Assembly: GCA_050633245.1 (NCBI GenBank)
Contig: JBOEGD010000020.1
Coordinates: 205,710-269,709 of the forward strand
DNA from: Calditrichia bacterium
Lineage (GTDB): Bacteria > Calditrichota > Calditrichia > RBG-13-44-9 > J075
Length of the DNA stretch: 64,000 nucleotides
Direction: 5' to 3'
Position 1 is the first letter of the stretch, and every line of letters starts with the position of its first letter. The notes under the pieces were generated by a model. The model searched no databases. It worked only from the letters and a program-made list of their open reading frames with translations, and was not told the DNA's origin. Both the position numbers and the translations under genes were made by a program. Shown piece after piece: positions 31,371 through 41,156 of the stretch.

Positions 31371-32366
31371 ATGTTGCTTCTGCTAATTGGTATGTTCTGC
31401 ATGGCATTTGCATTTGCTCAGGTTACTGAACCGGCTACTAAAAAGGTAGTTATTGCACATCGCGGTGCTTCCGGATATCTACCTGAACACACTGCACCAG
31501 CCAAAACGATGGCCTATGCGATGGGAGCAGACTACCTGGAGCAGGATTTGGTGATGACAAAGGATGGACAGCTTTTAGTTCTCCACGATATTCACCTGGA
31601 TACGGTGTCTGATGTTGCTAAAAAATTTCCTGATCGTATTCGCAATGATGGTCGTTTTTATGCAATTGATCTCACGCTTGCCGAAATTCATACATTGAAC
31701 GTGTCGGAGCGCTTTAATCATAAAACCGGTGTTCCGATTTATCCTGCAAGATTTCCACATGCCGAGATTCCACTTCGCCTGCTGAGTTTTGAGGAAGAGC
31801 TACTGCTTATTCAAGGTATGAATAAAAGCAGTGGCAAGAAGGTAGGCATCTATCCTGAAATGAAGGCGCCTGCTTTTCATCTCGCGGAAGGACAAGATAT
31901 TGTTGCTGAAACGCTGCGCGTGCTAACCAAATTTGGTTACACCAGGCGAAAAGATAATTGCTATGTGCAGTGTTTCGACCCAGCTGCCCTGATACGCTTG
32001 CGGGAGTTAAAGTGCGACTTAAAACTTATTCAGCTTATTGGTGAAAACGAGTGGAGTGAAGCCGAAACGGATTACGATTCGATGCAAACTACCGCTGGCC
32101 TCGCGAAGATTGCAGCTTATGCGAATGGCATCGGTCCCTGGATTCCGCAGGTCGTTCATCCACAGAGCGGCAAACCCACAGGATTAGTTGCGCTTGCACA
32201 TCAGAATGGACTACAGGTGCATCCCTACACGATGCGCGCAGATGATCTGCCTGATTGGGCTGAGTCGTTTGATGAACTTGCTGACGCCGTGCTTTACGAA
32301 GCCGGTGCCGATGGCGCCTTCAGCGACTTTCCCGACTTATTGGTAGAAGCCATTCAAAACAGATAG
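31371..32366 (+). CDS. glpQ: Glycerophosphodiester phosphodiesterase
   Basis: IAHRGASGYLPEHT, ADYLEQDLVMTKD, HDIHLD, VHPYT, FSDFPD. Confidence 0.93.
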   Translation: MLLLLIGMFCMAFAFAQVTEPATKKVVIAHRGASGYLPEHTAPAKTMAYAMGADYLEQDLVMTKDGQLLVLHDIHLDTVSDVAKKFPDRIRNDGRFYAIDLTLAEIHTLNVSERFNHKTGVPIYPARFPHAEIPLRLLSFEEELLLIQGMNKSSGKKVGIYPEMKAPAFHLAEGQDIVAETLRVLTKFGYTRRKDNCYVQCFDPAALIRLRELKCDLKLIQLIGENEWSEAETDYDSMQTTAGLAKIAAYANGIGPWIPQVVHPQSGKPTGLVALAHQNGLQVHPYTMRADDLPDWAESFDELADAVLYEAGADGAFSDFPDLLVEAIQNR

Positions 32367-32454
32367 AGAATTCCGTTATTTACTTTCTGAATGGGTTGTG
32401 TTAATATTTGACACAATCACAATAAATCAGCCTCTTGAAACCGGTAGCGCCCTG

Positions 32455-34479
32455 ATGATCTCTGAAATGCCCATGTATCGCCGTATTTGTTCTCTCGTAA
32501 TCTCCTTCATTTTATTGTTATCGTCAACATCGCTCTACGCAGATTCCATTCCCTTTAAAGTTAAAACACCAAATAATGTGTTAAGTGGAATCAGCTTTGA
32601 TCTCACTATTATGCCGGAAACACGTTACTATATGGAGCAGGATGATTTTCCGATGCTCTATCGCATAATGGATGAAAATAGCGGCAGCGTTCTGGCCGAA
32701 GGTTCTCATCGTCTGGATGCACGCAACCCGGCTCCGTTAACGATTAGCGGGATTAAGAGCTATGATGGGAACGATTTAAAGCTTACCGTTTCTTTGGGAG
32801 GACATTCCCGACAGGTTGAGGTCCGGGTAATTTCTGCCTTTTGGGCCTTATTGCCACCGTTTATTGCGATTGTTTTAGCGTTTTTTACCCGCCAGATTCT
32901 AGTTGCCCTTTTGGCCGGCATTTGGTTGGGAGCAACTGTACTTCACGGATTTAATCCTATCCTTGGATTTCTGCGAACGTTAGATCACTATATCGTGAAT
33001 GCCCTGGCAAACCCCGATCATATCTTAATTCTGACATTTAGCCTGGTGCTTGGTGGAATGGTTGGGGTGATCAGCCGTTCCGGTGGAACTGAGGGCATCG
33101 TCGCCAAGCTTGCTGAGTATGCCGATGATTCCAGAAAGGGACAGCTTTGCACCTGGCTATTGGGCATTTTGATTTTTTTTGATGATTATGCAAATACGCT
33201 GATTGTCGGCAACACCATGCGTCCGCTGACAGATAAGCTGCATATTTCCCGTGAAAAATTGTCTTACCTGGTAGATTCTACAGCCGCACCCGTTGCTAAC
33301 ATTGCAATTATTTCTACCTGGGTAGGCTATGAAATTAGTCTTATCAATGAATCGTTCAAGACAATGGGGCTGGATCGAAATGCTTACGTTACTTTTCTAG
33401 AAACCATCCCGTACAATTTCTATCCTGTTTTTGCCTTGGCCTTTGGCTTTTTTATCGCATATACGCTGCGTGACTTTGGACCGATGTGGCATGCCGAAAG
33501 AAGAGCCAATACCCGCGGTGAAGTGCTGCGGTTAGGCGCAAAACCACTTGCGAACCTTGCGTCAGAAGACATATTGGCAGCCCCGTCAACTCCAAAGCGC
33601 TGGTATAATGCGATGGTACCGGTAGTGAGCGTCATTCTTGTGGTGATAGCAGGGCTAATTTATACCGGTTGGGATGAAGGCTGGCAGAATCTTGCCTTAG
33701 CCGCTGCAAACGAAGGGCTGCCCTGGGCTGATATCTCATTCACTCGAAAGCTAAGCGCTATTATCGGCGCTTCAAATTCCTTTGCGGTGCTTCTGTGGGC
33801 GGCATCCGTCGGTAGCATTGTTGCGATTGCAATGGCTCTGTCTCAGCGTATTCTGAGTCTGAAAGAAGCGATGGAAGCTTGGGGAACCGGAATTAGTGCG
33901 ATGGTAGGTGCGGCTTTAATTCTAACTGCCGCCTGGGCCATTGGTGCAATCTGTAAAGACCTGTTTACTGCAGATTATGTTGTTGAGTTAACCCGGCCGT
34001 TTCTTTCCGCGCGTTTGTTGCCTTTGTTTATTTTTATCATTTCCGGGATAATTGCTTTTGCCACCGGAACCTCCTGGGGAACCATGGCCATCTTAATGCC
34101 AATTGCTGTTCCGCTGTCTTACCGTATGCCGCAGCTTGCCAGTCCGGCATTAGATGAGGGACATGCCGCGGCCATTTTGCTCAGCACAATTGCTGCCGTG
34201 TTGGCCGGAGCAACGTTTGGCGATCACTGCTCACCAATTTCTGATACCACAATCTTATCTTCAATGGCTACCAATGCAGATCATATCGACCATGTGCGTA
34301 CGCAGCTGCCCTATGCATTGACAGCCGGGGGAATTGCCTGTCTGTTTGGCTACCTGCCTGCCGGATTAGGAGTTTCACCATGGATTATGCTACCGCTTGG
34401 CATTGCTGTTACATTTACTGTTATCTATTTTGGTGGAAGAAGGGTTGATTTTGATAACAAGTGGCGGCGAGATGACTAA
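32455..34479 (+). CDS. Na+/H+ antiporter NhaC family protein with N-terminal soluble extension
   Basis: FFDDYAN, SREKLSYLVDSTAAP, FATGTSWGT, GDHCSPISDTT, HVRTQLPYA. Start uncertain (32398-32473). Confidence 0.88.
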   Translation: MISEMPMYRRICSLVISFILLLSSTSLYADSIPFKVKTPNNVLSGISFDLTIMPETRYYMEQDDFPMLYRIMDENSGSVLAEGSHRLDARNPAPLTISGIKSYDGNDLKLTVSLGGHSRQVEVRVISAFWALLPPFIAIVLAFFTRQILVALLAGIWLGATVLHGFNPILGFLRTLDHYIVNALANPDHILILTFSLVLGGMVGVISRSGGTEGIVAKLAEYADDSRKGQLCTWLLGILIFFDDYANTLIVGNTMRPLTDKLHISREKLSYLVDSTAAPVANIAIISTWVGYEISLINESFKTMGLDRNAYVTFLETIPYNFYPVFALAFGFFIAYTLRDFGPMWHAERRANTRGEVLRLGAKPLANLASEDILAAPSTPKRWYNAMVPVVSVILVVIAGLIYTGWDEGWQNLALAAANEGLPWADISFTRKLSAIIGASNSFAVLLWAASVGSIVAIAMALSQRILSLKEAMEAWGTGISAMVGAALILTAAWAIGAICKDLFTADYVVELTRPFLSARLLPLFIFIISGIIAFATGTSWGTMAILMPIAVPLSYRMPQLASPALDEGHAAAILLSTIAAVLAGATFGDHCSPISDTTILSSMATNADHIDHVRTQLPYALTAGGIACLFGYLPAGLGVSPWIMLPLGIAVTFTVIYFGGRRVDFDNKWRRDD

Positions 34480-34906
34480 ACCTGCTTTATCTGTTGCAAC
34501 AGTCCTGATTCAGTTTGCCTGCATCATATACCTGATTCTTGACGGCTCTTTTCTTGCCTCTTCACCTATTTGGTTGGGGATGCAAATTATCGGTGTAGCA
34601 CTTGGCCTCTGGGCGATGTTTGTTATGCGTCGCTTTAATGTGGCTCCAGATCCTTTGGAAGACGCGACATTAATTACACGCGGACCTTATCGGTGGATTC
34701 GCCATCCAATGTATTCCGCGCTACTGCTGGTTGCAGCGGGCGCTGTTTTGCACCATTCTACGCCCGTTCGGATTACGGTGCTGTCGATGCTGCTTGTTAA
34801 TCTGATTGTGAAATTGCGCCATGAAGAAAAACTGATGTCACAAAAGTTTGCAGAGTATCAAAAATATATACGTAACACAAAGCGCTTGATTCCATTTCTT
34901 TTCTAA
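34472..34906 (+). CDS. Isoprenylcysteine carboxylmethyltransferase family membrane protein
   Basis: LITRGPYRWIRHPMYS, EEKLM, RLIPFLF; ATG overlaps the upstream gene end. Confidence 0.88.
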   Translation: MTKPALSVATVLIQFACIIYLILDGSFLASSPIWLGMQIIGVALGLWAMFVMRRFNVAPDPLEDATLITRGPYRWIRHPMYSALLLVAAGAVLHHSTPVRITVLSMLLVNLIVKLRHEEKLMSQKFAEYQKYIRNTKRLIPFLF

Positions 34907-35016
34907 GGTACCAGTCTTAACGACCTTCTGATTTCAGTGAAAATGAATAAGCCATCGATCTTGCCTGCCGGCAGCAGGCAGGCAGACAAGCAACCAGATC
35001 GATGAACCAATCGAGC

Positions 35017-35862
35017 CTATTCTGCTATAGATGCTGCCTGCGGTATGATGGCATCTATGTCGGCTTCCTCCGATTCAAAAAATAACGCTCCGTCGAACTC
35101 TGGCAGAGTGGCATATTTACTTTCCATCTGCATCTTTTCTTCGGCTAACTTTTGTTGCGTGATATCGCGAATGGAAGAGAGATAAGCACTGGCTCCTGCC
35201 AGCTCGATCTCTGCAAAATCCAGTTCCAAAATGCGCGTTTGTCCTGATGTATCCAGCGTGGCTAACTCGGCGGTATTGGCCTTTCCTTTGCCAAACCGCA
35301 TTTGGTTGCCATTAAGCTGTGAATCTGTAAAGCCGAAAAGCAATTCGGCAGAATGATTAACGAAGCGGATATGTCCTTCATGATCCAAAATGACGTAAGG
35401 CGTAGCAGCATAGGTGAAAATGGCAAGGTAGCGCTGATTGTCTTCAGCTAGATCGGAAGCGAACTGATGCAAAATTTGTCGCGTATCATGCCTCTCAATA
35501 GCCGAATTAAGCAAGCATTGAATAACGTGCTCATCGGCTGTCTGGCTGATCAGGAAGTTTTGTGCACCGAAACGCATGAGCTCGGAAATGTCATCACCAG
35601 TATCGGTGACCAACACAACAGGAATGCCGAGAATGTCGCTACAGGATCGAATAAATTTCTCCTGTACCCCAACCGGTTCTTCTGTGGCAGTTGAAAACAA
35701 GGCAATGTCAACCTCCTGGTGATAACAGATTGATGTTGCAACGGAAATGCGATCGAGGTGTTCCCAATCATAGTTACCCTTGCTATCCGTTACTTCCAGT
35801 AATGCTCTCTGCGACTCAGTCGCACCGATGGTGATTGCTCTTGGAGCTTTAACTTCCTTCAT
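35017..35862 (-). CDS. Degenerate receiver-like + PAS domain protein with no output domain
   Basis: IPVVLVT...GAQNFL...SAIER receiver remnants; PAS ILDHEGHIRFVNHSAELLFG...IRDITQQK; GAAGGGA RBS. Confidence 0.7.
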   Translation of the reverse strand: MKEVKAPRAITIGATESQRALLEVTDSKGNYDWEHLDRISVATSICYHQEVDIALFSTATEEPVGVQEKFIRSCSDILGIPVVLVTDTGDDISELMRFGAQNFLISQTADEHVIQCLLNSAIERHDTRQILHQFASDLAEDNQRYLAIFTYAATPYVILDHEGHIRFVNHSAELLFGFTDSQLNGNQMRFGKGKANTAELATLDTSGQTRILELDFAEIELAGASAYLSSIRDITQQKLAEEKMQMESKYATLPEFDGALFFESEEADIDAIIPQAASIAE

Positions 35863-35907
35863 AAGATTCCCTTCTCGCTTGTGTCATCCTTGATCACGAA
35901 AACATGG

Positions 35908-36096
35908 CTATCTGTAGTCAGCTAGCTGGAATACGCTGGACCTATTCCGTGCTGTTGACCATAGCAATGTTTTCAGCATTGTGTTTACGTTCGAATCGCA
36001 TATGGTAGACGAGTAAGGAGGCATTGCAAAGCGGGTGTGATCCGCTCGCGGGGAATGGTGTAGATTTAGAAAGATTTCAATAATACCAATCTGCAT
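35908..36096 (-). CDS. Hypothetical small protein (62 aa)
   Basis: Strong GGGAGG RBS before the ATG; lies downstream of a sigma28-like promoter; no recognisable family. Confidence 0.45.
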   Translation of the reverse strand: MQIGIIEIFLNLHHSPRADHTRFAMPPYSSTICDSNVNTMLKTLLWSTARNRSSVFQLADYR

Positions 36097-36181
36097 AATA
36101 ATACGTCCTCCCTGACGTCACTCATACAGCGTAACAACGGCCAACCCTGGCCTTGATGTTTCTATAAGAACATGTTTAATA

Positions 36182-36208
36182 GTATCGTCTTTGGCTTTGC
36201 AGACTTTA
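36182..36208 (-). promoter_or_regulatory. Sigma28-like promoter
   Basis: TAAA-N15-GACGATAC on the minus strand. Confidence 0.55.
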
Positions 36209-36217
36209 TAAAAACGC

Positions 36218-37969
36218 CTATATAGCGCGATATTCGGTTAAAAGCTTTTTCAGCTCATCAAAAGGAATAGGTTTGCTGAACATAAAGCCCTGAATGTAAT
36301 CGCACCTCATCGAGCGTAAAAATGACAGCTGTTTTTGATTCTCCACACCTTCGGCAACTACCTTCATACCAAGGTTGTGTGCAAGGAAGATGATCGCAGA
36401 GGTAATAGATTTATTCTCGTTATCCTGCGGCACATTCTCAATAAATGAGCGATCTATCTTTAAAATGTCAATCGGCAGCTTTTTTAGATAGCTCAGTGAG
36501 GAATAACCTGTTCCGAAATCATCGATGGAAATACGAATGCCGCTCTCTTTCAACTTATTCAAAATATCTATGGTGTATTCTACATCGCGCATTGCGCTGG
36601 ACTCGGTTACCTCTAACCCTAACAGTTGTGGGTCGAGATCTGTTTTGGAAAGTACCTCAAGAATCATTTTGTGTAGATTGTCGTTTCGAAACTGTTTGTT
36701 TGAGAGATTCACCGCGAAGCGAATTCCTTCGAACCCTTCATTGTGCAGCGTCTTTGCGTGGATGCAGGCTGTATGCATAACCCATTCTCCAAGGGGTTCA
36801 ATCAGGCCTGTTTCTTCCGCCAGGGGAATAAATTTCTCGGGAGAGATACTCCCCAATGTAGGGTGATTCCAACGAATGAGTGCTTCAACACCTTCAATTT
36901 TCCCGCTAATGAGATTTAGCAGAGGTTGATAGTGTAGAGTAAACTCTCCTTTTTTAACAGCATCGTGCAGTTTGTTTTCCAGCTCTAATTTCTCCATGGC
37001 CTCTGCATCCATAGACAAATTGTAAAGCTCATACGTATTTTTACCCTGCTTCTTGGCACGGTGCATGGCGACTTCGGCATTTTTTACAAGAGTGGAAAAA
37101 GAATCACCGTCTGACGGAAAAAGACTAACGCCAACGCTTCCGGTTAAATACAGGGTGTGTTCGTCGATATTAATTGGTTTTACAAGGGATGTAAGAATTT
37201 TCTTGGCGACTGTAACGGCATGCCGCTCTTCGCCGATTTCATTCAGCATAATGATAAACTCATCGCCACCTTGTCTGGCGACCGTATCGCTCTTACGAAT
37301 ACAGCTTTGCAGACGCTGAGACATAATCTTAAGAATATGATCGCCGGTGCTGTGCCCTAAAGTGTCATTTATGCGCTTAAATTCGTCAAGATCAATAGAG
37401 AGCACCGATACTTTTTTGTCTGCGCGCGCTGCCTGTTTAATAATCTGATCGAGTCTGTCCTGAAAAAGTTGGCGATTGGGCAGACCCGTAAGAACATCGT
37501 GATACGCGAGGTGTTGCTCAATTTGCTTGGCTTTTTCCAGCTGCTCCATCATCCAGTTGCGCTCGATGGCAAAACGAATGGATCGCAATAGGTGAGTTGC
37601 GCTAAGGTTTTGTTTGACGAGATAGTCCTGCTTGCTCCTCTTCGCAATTAGCGAGCCGTCGTATTCTTCTTCAAGATCTGTAAGGAAAATGATTGGTGTT
37701 GTTTGAGCCTGCTCGGTGATGGATGCAAGTGCCTCGCCAGTAGTTGGTTGAAGCATGGTTATATCAACTAATAAAACGTCGAAGTTACTGCTCTCTAAAA
37801 TGTGAATGGCTCGTTGCAGCGTGTCCGCATGGTTAACGGTGCACTGTGGTGTAACGGCTTCATTCAAAAATTCCCGCACCAACAGGGCATCACCCGGTTC
37901 TTTTTCTATCAACAAAATGTTGATGACGGTTTTTTGTGACTTAATGACCTCGTTTATCAGGCTCCCCAT
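36218..37969 (-). CDS. Receiver-GGDEF-EAL protein (diguanylate cyclase/phosphodiesterase)
   Basis: N-terminal receiver; HDVLTGLPNR, RKSD I-site, GGDEF, EALIRW, DDFGTGYSSL, VAEGVE. Confidence 0.94.
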   Translation of the reverse strand: MGSLINEVIKSQKTVINILLIEKEPGDALLVREFLNEAVTPQCTVNHADTLQRAIHILESSNFDVLLVDITMLQPTTGEALASITEQAQTTPIIFLTDLEEEYDGSLIAKRSKQDYLVKQNLSATHLLRSIRFAIERNWMMEQLEKAKQIEQHLAYHDVLTGLPNRQLFQDRLDQIIKQAARADKKVSVLSIDLDEFKRINDTLGHSTGDHILKIMSQRLQSCIRKSDTVARQGGDEFIIMLNEIGEERHAVTVAKKILTSLVKPINIDEHTLYLTGSVGVSLFPSDGDSFSTLVKNAEVAMHRAKKQGKNTYELYNLSMDAEAMEKLELENKLHDAVKKGEFTLHYQPLLNLISGKIEGVEALIRWNHPTLGSISPEKFIPLAEETGLIEPLGEWVMHTACIHAKTLHNEGFEGIRFAVNLSNKQFRNDNLHKMILEVLSKTDLDPQLLGLEVTESSAMRDVEYTIDILNKLKESGIRISIDDFGTGYSSLSYLKKLPIDILKIDRSFIENVPQDNENKSITSAIIFLAHNLGMKVVAEGVENQKQLSFLRSMRCDYIQGFMFSKPIPFDELKKLLTEYRAI

Positions 37970-38000
37970 ATTCCTATCCTTAATTTGATCGATCTATTCA

Positions 38001-38027
38001 CTGTCGAACAATTTGCGGGAGACTTGA
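38001..38027 (-). promoter_or_regulatory. Sigma28-like promoter (weaker match)
   Basis: TCAA-N15-TTCGACAG on the minus strand, about 30 nt upstream of the GGDEF-EAL start. Confidence 0.4.
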
Positions 38028-38053
38028 AACGATTGAGTTGAAGAGAGAGGTGT

Positions 38054-38088
38054 AAAAAAAGGGACAGCCGCAATGTGACTGTCCCTTT
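38054..38088 (-). terminator. Intrinsic terminator after the LysM gene
   Basis: GGGACAG/CTGTCCC hairpin with an A7 run on plus (T7 on minus). Confidence 0.8.
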
Positions 38089-38115
38089 GAAAATATTATA
38101 ACGTTTTAAAATCGA

Positions 38116-38502
38116 TTAGTCATTTAAAAATGGGATTTTCAGAACCTGACCAACCTTAATTACATCCGGGTTATCCAGCTGATCACGATTCGCTTCATAA
38201 ATCGCCGTATATTTATTAAATGACCCCCATACCTGCTTAGCGATTTTGCTGAGACTGTCGCCGGGCTGTACGGTATAGGTGCCATAATATTCGGTAACTT
38301 CTACATTTATCTCAGCCATGATGTCGCTGGCCTTGTCGCCGCCCAGCTCTTTAATTTTATCCCACATCTGATCTTTTTCCATCTGAGTCTTGGCCGTACC
38401 GCCAATTTTAAGTACGCCGCCCTCTTCTTTAATAAATCCGTCTTTTACGTCGAACTTTTTTCCGAGGTCCAGAACACCGCGGTATTTGTCTTGAAGTGAC
38501 AT
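38116..38502 (-). CDS. LysM domain protein (BON-like + LysM, Kbp/YgaU-like)
   Basis: YTVQPGDSLSKIAK...IYEANRDQLDNPDVIKVGQVLKIP; GGAG RBS before MSLQDKY. Confidence 0.88.
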   Translation of the reverse strand: MSLQDKYRGVLDLGKKFDVKDGFIKEEGGVLKIGGTAKTQMEKDQMWDKIKELGGDKASDIMAEINVEVTEYYGTYTVQPGDSLSKIAKQVWGSFNKYTAIYEANRDQLDNPDVIKVGQVLKIPFLND

Positions 38503-38645
38503 ATGTGTCTCCACTTTGGGTAACAAACAAAATTAACCTGATTTAGAAATCCCCGAAGGACACGGCTGTGTCGCAACGGGGGTCAATATAGGATATTATT
38601 TTGGAAAAGGCAATAAAGTACAGGGAGCAGGGACCTGCTTCCTGC

Positions 38646-40901
38646 CTACTGCCTGTCTTTAATAATTTTGTAAGCCGTACCTTTCCAGGTGAACTCAATC
38701 GAATCACCCAGTGCAAAAATGTCTGCAAGCTTTGGCTCGCTATCCAGCAATTCGAAGTAGTTGTCGGAAAGAAATACGATTTCCTTCTCCACCTGCGGCC
38801 CACCAAGCTGGCGTCGCTGCTCTTTCCAAACACCATTGGTTAATTTGAATACTTTGCCGGAGATGCGTTTGGTTGTAAGAATGACATCTTTTGCTTTTTC
38901 GCTCTTGTAGACTTTTTTCTGGATTCGGCTGTTGAGAACGGCACCTTTTCCGGATGATGAGCGGGCATCGGAATAAGTTGAAGCAATGTTGTCGTAAAAG
39001 GCTTTTCCACCTACTGCTTCTTCATCTTCCTCTGCCAACTTCTGGCGATTTTCCTGTGCTCCTGATATCACTCCATCGAAAGATGTTCCGAGGTCGCCAC
39101 GTTTGCGTCTGGCATTTATTGCACTGATCTCCCGCTCCTGTTCGGTAACGAGATACGATGTGTATGGCGTAACGATTCCGTATTCCTCACCAAGGCGTTT
39201 AACCTCTGTGACCAGTTCATGGTTCTCGCCGTTAAAACGAATGTCTTCGAGTAAATGACTGACCTTGTGGTTTGCCCAAAGCGTCGCAATGAAGTCATTG
39301 TTCTTTTCACGATGATCAAACTTTACGTCATAAGTGAAGCTGCGTTTTTTGCCGGCTTGTTCACCGCTCAAACGTGCGTTCGCAGAACCGGAGTTTTTAT
39401 AGCGCCCCAGAATCATCACACGCTGGCCGAGAAATATGTCTGGAATGCGAACCGGGTACACATCGTAGATCCCTTTGAGATCGAACTTTATTTCCGGGTC
39501 AGTGAGGGCCGGCGTACTGTTTTGTGCGTAGAAAGTGGAAATTGCTTCTTCCAAATTTTCACCCGGTTTTACATACGTGCTGCTCCCGCTCATATCTGCA
39601 GCTAATTTATCCAGCAGAAATGTATTTACATCAAACCCAACGCCGAAGTTGAAGATTCGGATCTCATCACGTCGTTCACTTTTAACGTTTTTCAGGATTT
39701 GTGTAACGTCTGTTTCGCCACTGGTAGGCAAACCGTCCGTTAAGAAAAGTACGCTTGTCGGACGTTTGTCGGCAGATGCTTTGGTACGCAGTGCTTTTCG
39801 CAGCGCTGCATCTATATTTGTACCACCTGCTGCTCCGATATTCTCGATAAATGATTCCGCATTCTGTTTCGCTTCAGAACTGGCAAGGTTTAACGTATTG
39901 CTGAAGGTTTTAAGGGAACTGCTAAAACGAATAATTTCGAAACGATCCCGGCTATTTAGCGAGCGAATACAATATTGTAGCGCTTCTTTAGCCTGCTCCA
40001 TTTTCTTGCCCTGCATACTGCCTGAGGCATCAATGACAAAAATAATATCTTTTGGGATGACGGCACGTTTGGAGTTCAGCTTTATGGAGGGATGTGCCAT
40101 CATCAGAAAATATCCATCTTTGTCGGTACGCGGGCGAAATGAGAGCAGGTTTGCATTAATTTCGTTTGTGTCCAGAGTATAGTAGAGAACAAAGTTTTTT
40201 GAGGCTTCCATATTTTTGGCTTCCATATGGATGCGTGCTTTGCGATTTCCGTTTCGCTTCACCTCCAACGTGTGGGTTGGTGAATACACCGTTCCTAAGT
40301 TCTGGTCGGTTTCCAGATCGATATGCATTGTATAATCATCGATTATCGCCTGACCGCTTTGTTTTATAGGAATCGTTAGCCGATAGGTTTCACTACTGAA
40401 ATCCAGAACTGTTGCATAGGTCATTTCAATACGGCGTTCACCCCGTTCAGGAAAAGGGAAAATACTGGCGCGAAACAGACGATGATCGACGTATTCCAGC
40501 AGCGCCGGGTCTCGCTGCCCGCGAACAATGTTGTTGTAAATGCGACGTGCTTCATTTTTGTCGAGAATTTCACCCTGTGTTTTTTCGCCGTCCACATAAA
40601 GATGAAAGTCGTGGATTTGCGATTCGTTCGGCAGCATAAACAAATACTGCCCTTCACGTTGGCGCCCATTGGGATTATAGAATGTCTGATCGAGTTTAAC
40701 TGTTCCGGCGCCATTTATGATTTTTACGTCTGCCTCGACTTTAGTAAGACGTACCGGCTCGATGCGTTCGACTGGTCGCCTCGGATTATCCGGCCAGGGA
40801 AGAATAATGCGTCCCTGTGCACTGAGGGTGCTGGGAAGAGGTCCGACTAGCAGACTGCAAACAAATAAGGTAATGGTGAATAAAGATCGTCGTGTATTCA
40901 T
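38646..40901 (-). CDS. Secreted VIT + von Willebrand factor A domain protein
   Basis: CAGGAG RBS, signal peptide; VIT (QTFYNP...RDPALLEY); MIDAS DASGSM, GGTNI, FLTDGLPT; IVTPYTSYLV. Confidence 0.9.
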   Translation of the reverse strand: MNTRRSLFTITLFVCSLLVGPLPSTLSAQGRIILPWPDNPRRPVERIEPVRLTKVEADVKIINGAGTVKLDQTFYNPNGRQREGQYLFMLPNESQIHDFHLYVDGEKTQGEILDKNEARRIYNNIVRGQRDPALLEYVDHRLFRASIFPFPERGERRIEMTYATVLDFSSETYRLTIPIKQSGQAIIDDYTMHIDLETDQNLGTVYSPTHTLEVKRNGNRKARIHMEAKNMEASKNFVLYYTLDTNEINANLLSFRPRTDKDGYFLMMAHPSIKLNSKRAVIPKDIIFVIDASGSMQGKKMEQAKEALQYCIRSLNSRDRFEIIRFSSSLKTFSNTLNLASSEAKQNAESFIENIGAAGGTNIDAALRKALRTKASADKRPTSVLFLTDGLPTSGETDVTQILKNVKSERRDEIRIFNFGVGFDVNTFLLDKLAADMSGSSTYVKPGENLEEAISTFYAQNSTPALTDPEIKFDLKGIYDVYPVRIPDIFLGQRVMILGRYKNSGSANARLSGEQAGKKRSFTYDVKFDHREKNNDFIATLWANHKVSHLLEDIRFNGENHELVTEVKRLGEEYGIVTPYTSYLVTEQEREISAINARRKRGDLGTSFDGVISGAQENRQKLAEEDEEAVGGKAFYDNIASTYSDARSSSGKGAVLNSRIQKKVYKSEKAKDVILTTKRISGKVFKLTNGVWKEQRRQLGGPQVEKEIVFLSDNYFELLDSEPKLADIFALGDSIEFTWKGTAYKIIKDRQ

Positions 40902-41156
40902 GTGATCTACTCCTGCATGTGTTGATGCGAAAGTGATATGTTCTCTACTTAGTCCCGGATATTTGGAGCGGTCTCTGCTATTCTCAAGCTTGTTACTATC
41001 TGTTGTGTAGAGACCTTGGTTCTTGTCGCGCGTTTTCTCTTTTTTGAAGAGCTCTAAGACTCCTTGCGTACGACTCGTTTCCATCCTATACTAAAAAAAT
41101 ATCCTCAACATTGATTTACGTTTTGCCTGTTTATGACATCAATAGGAAAAAGGTGA

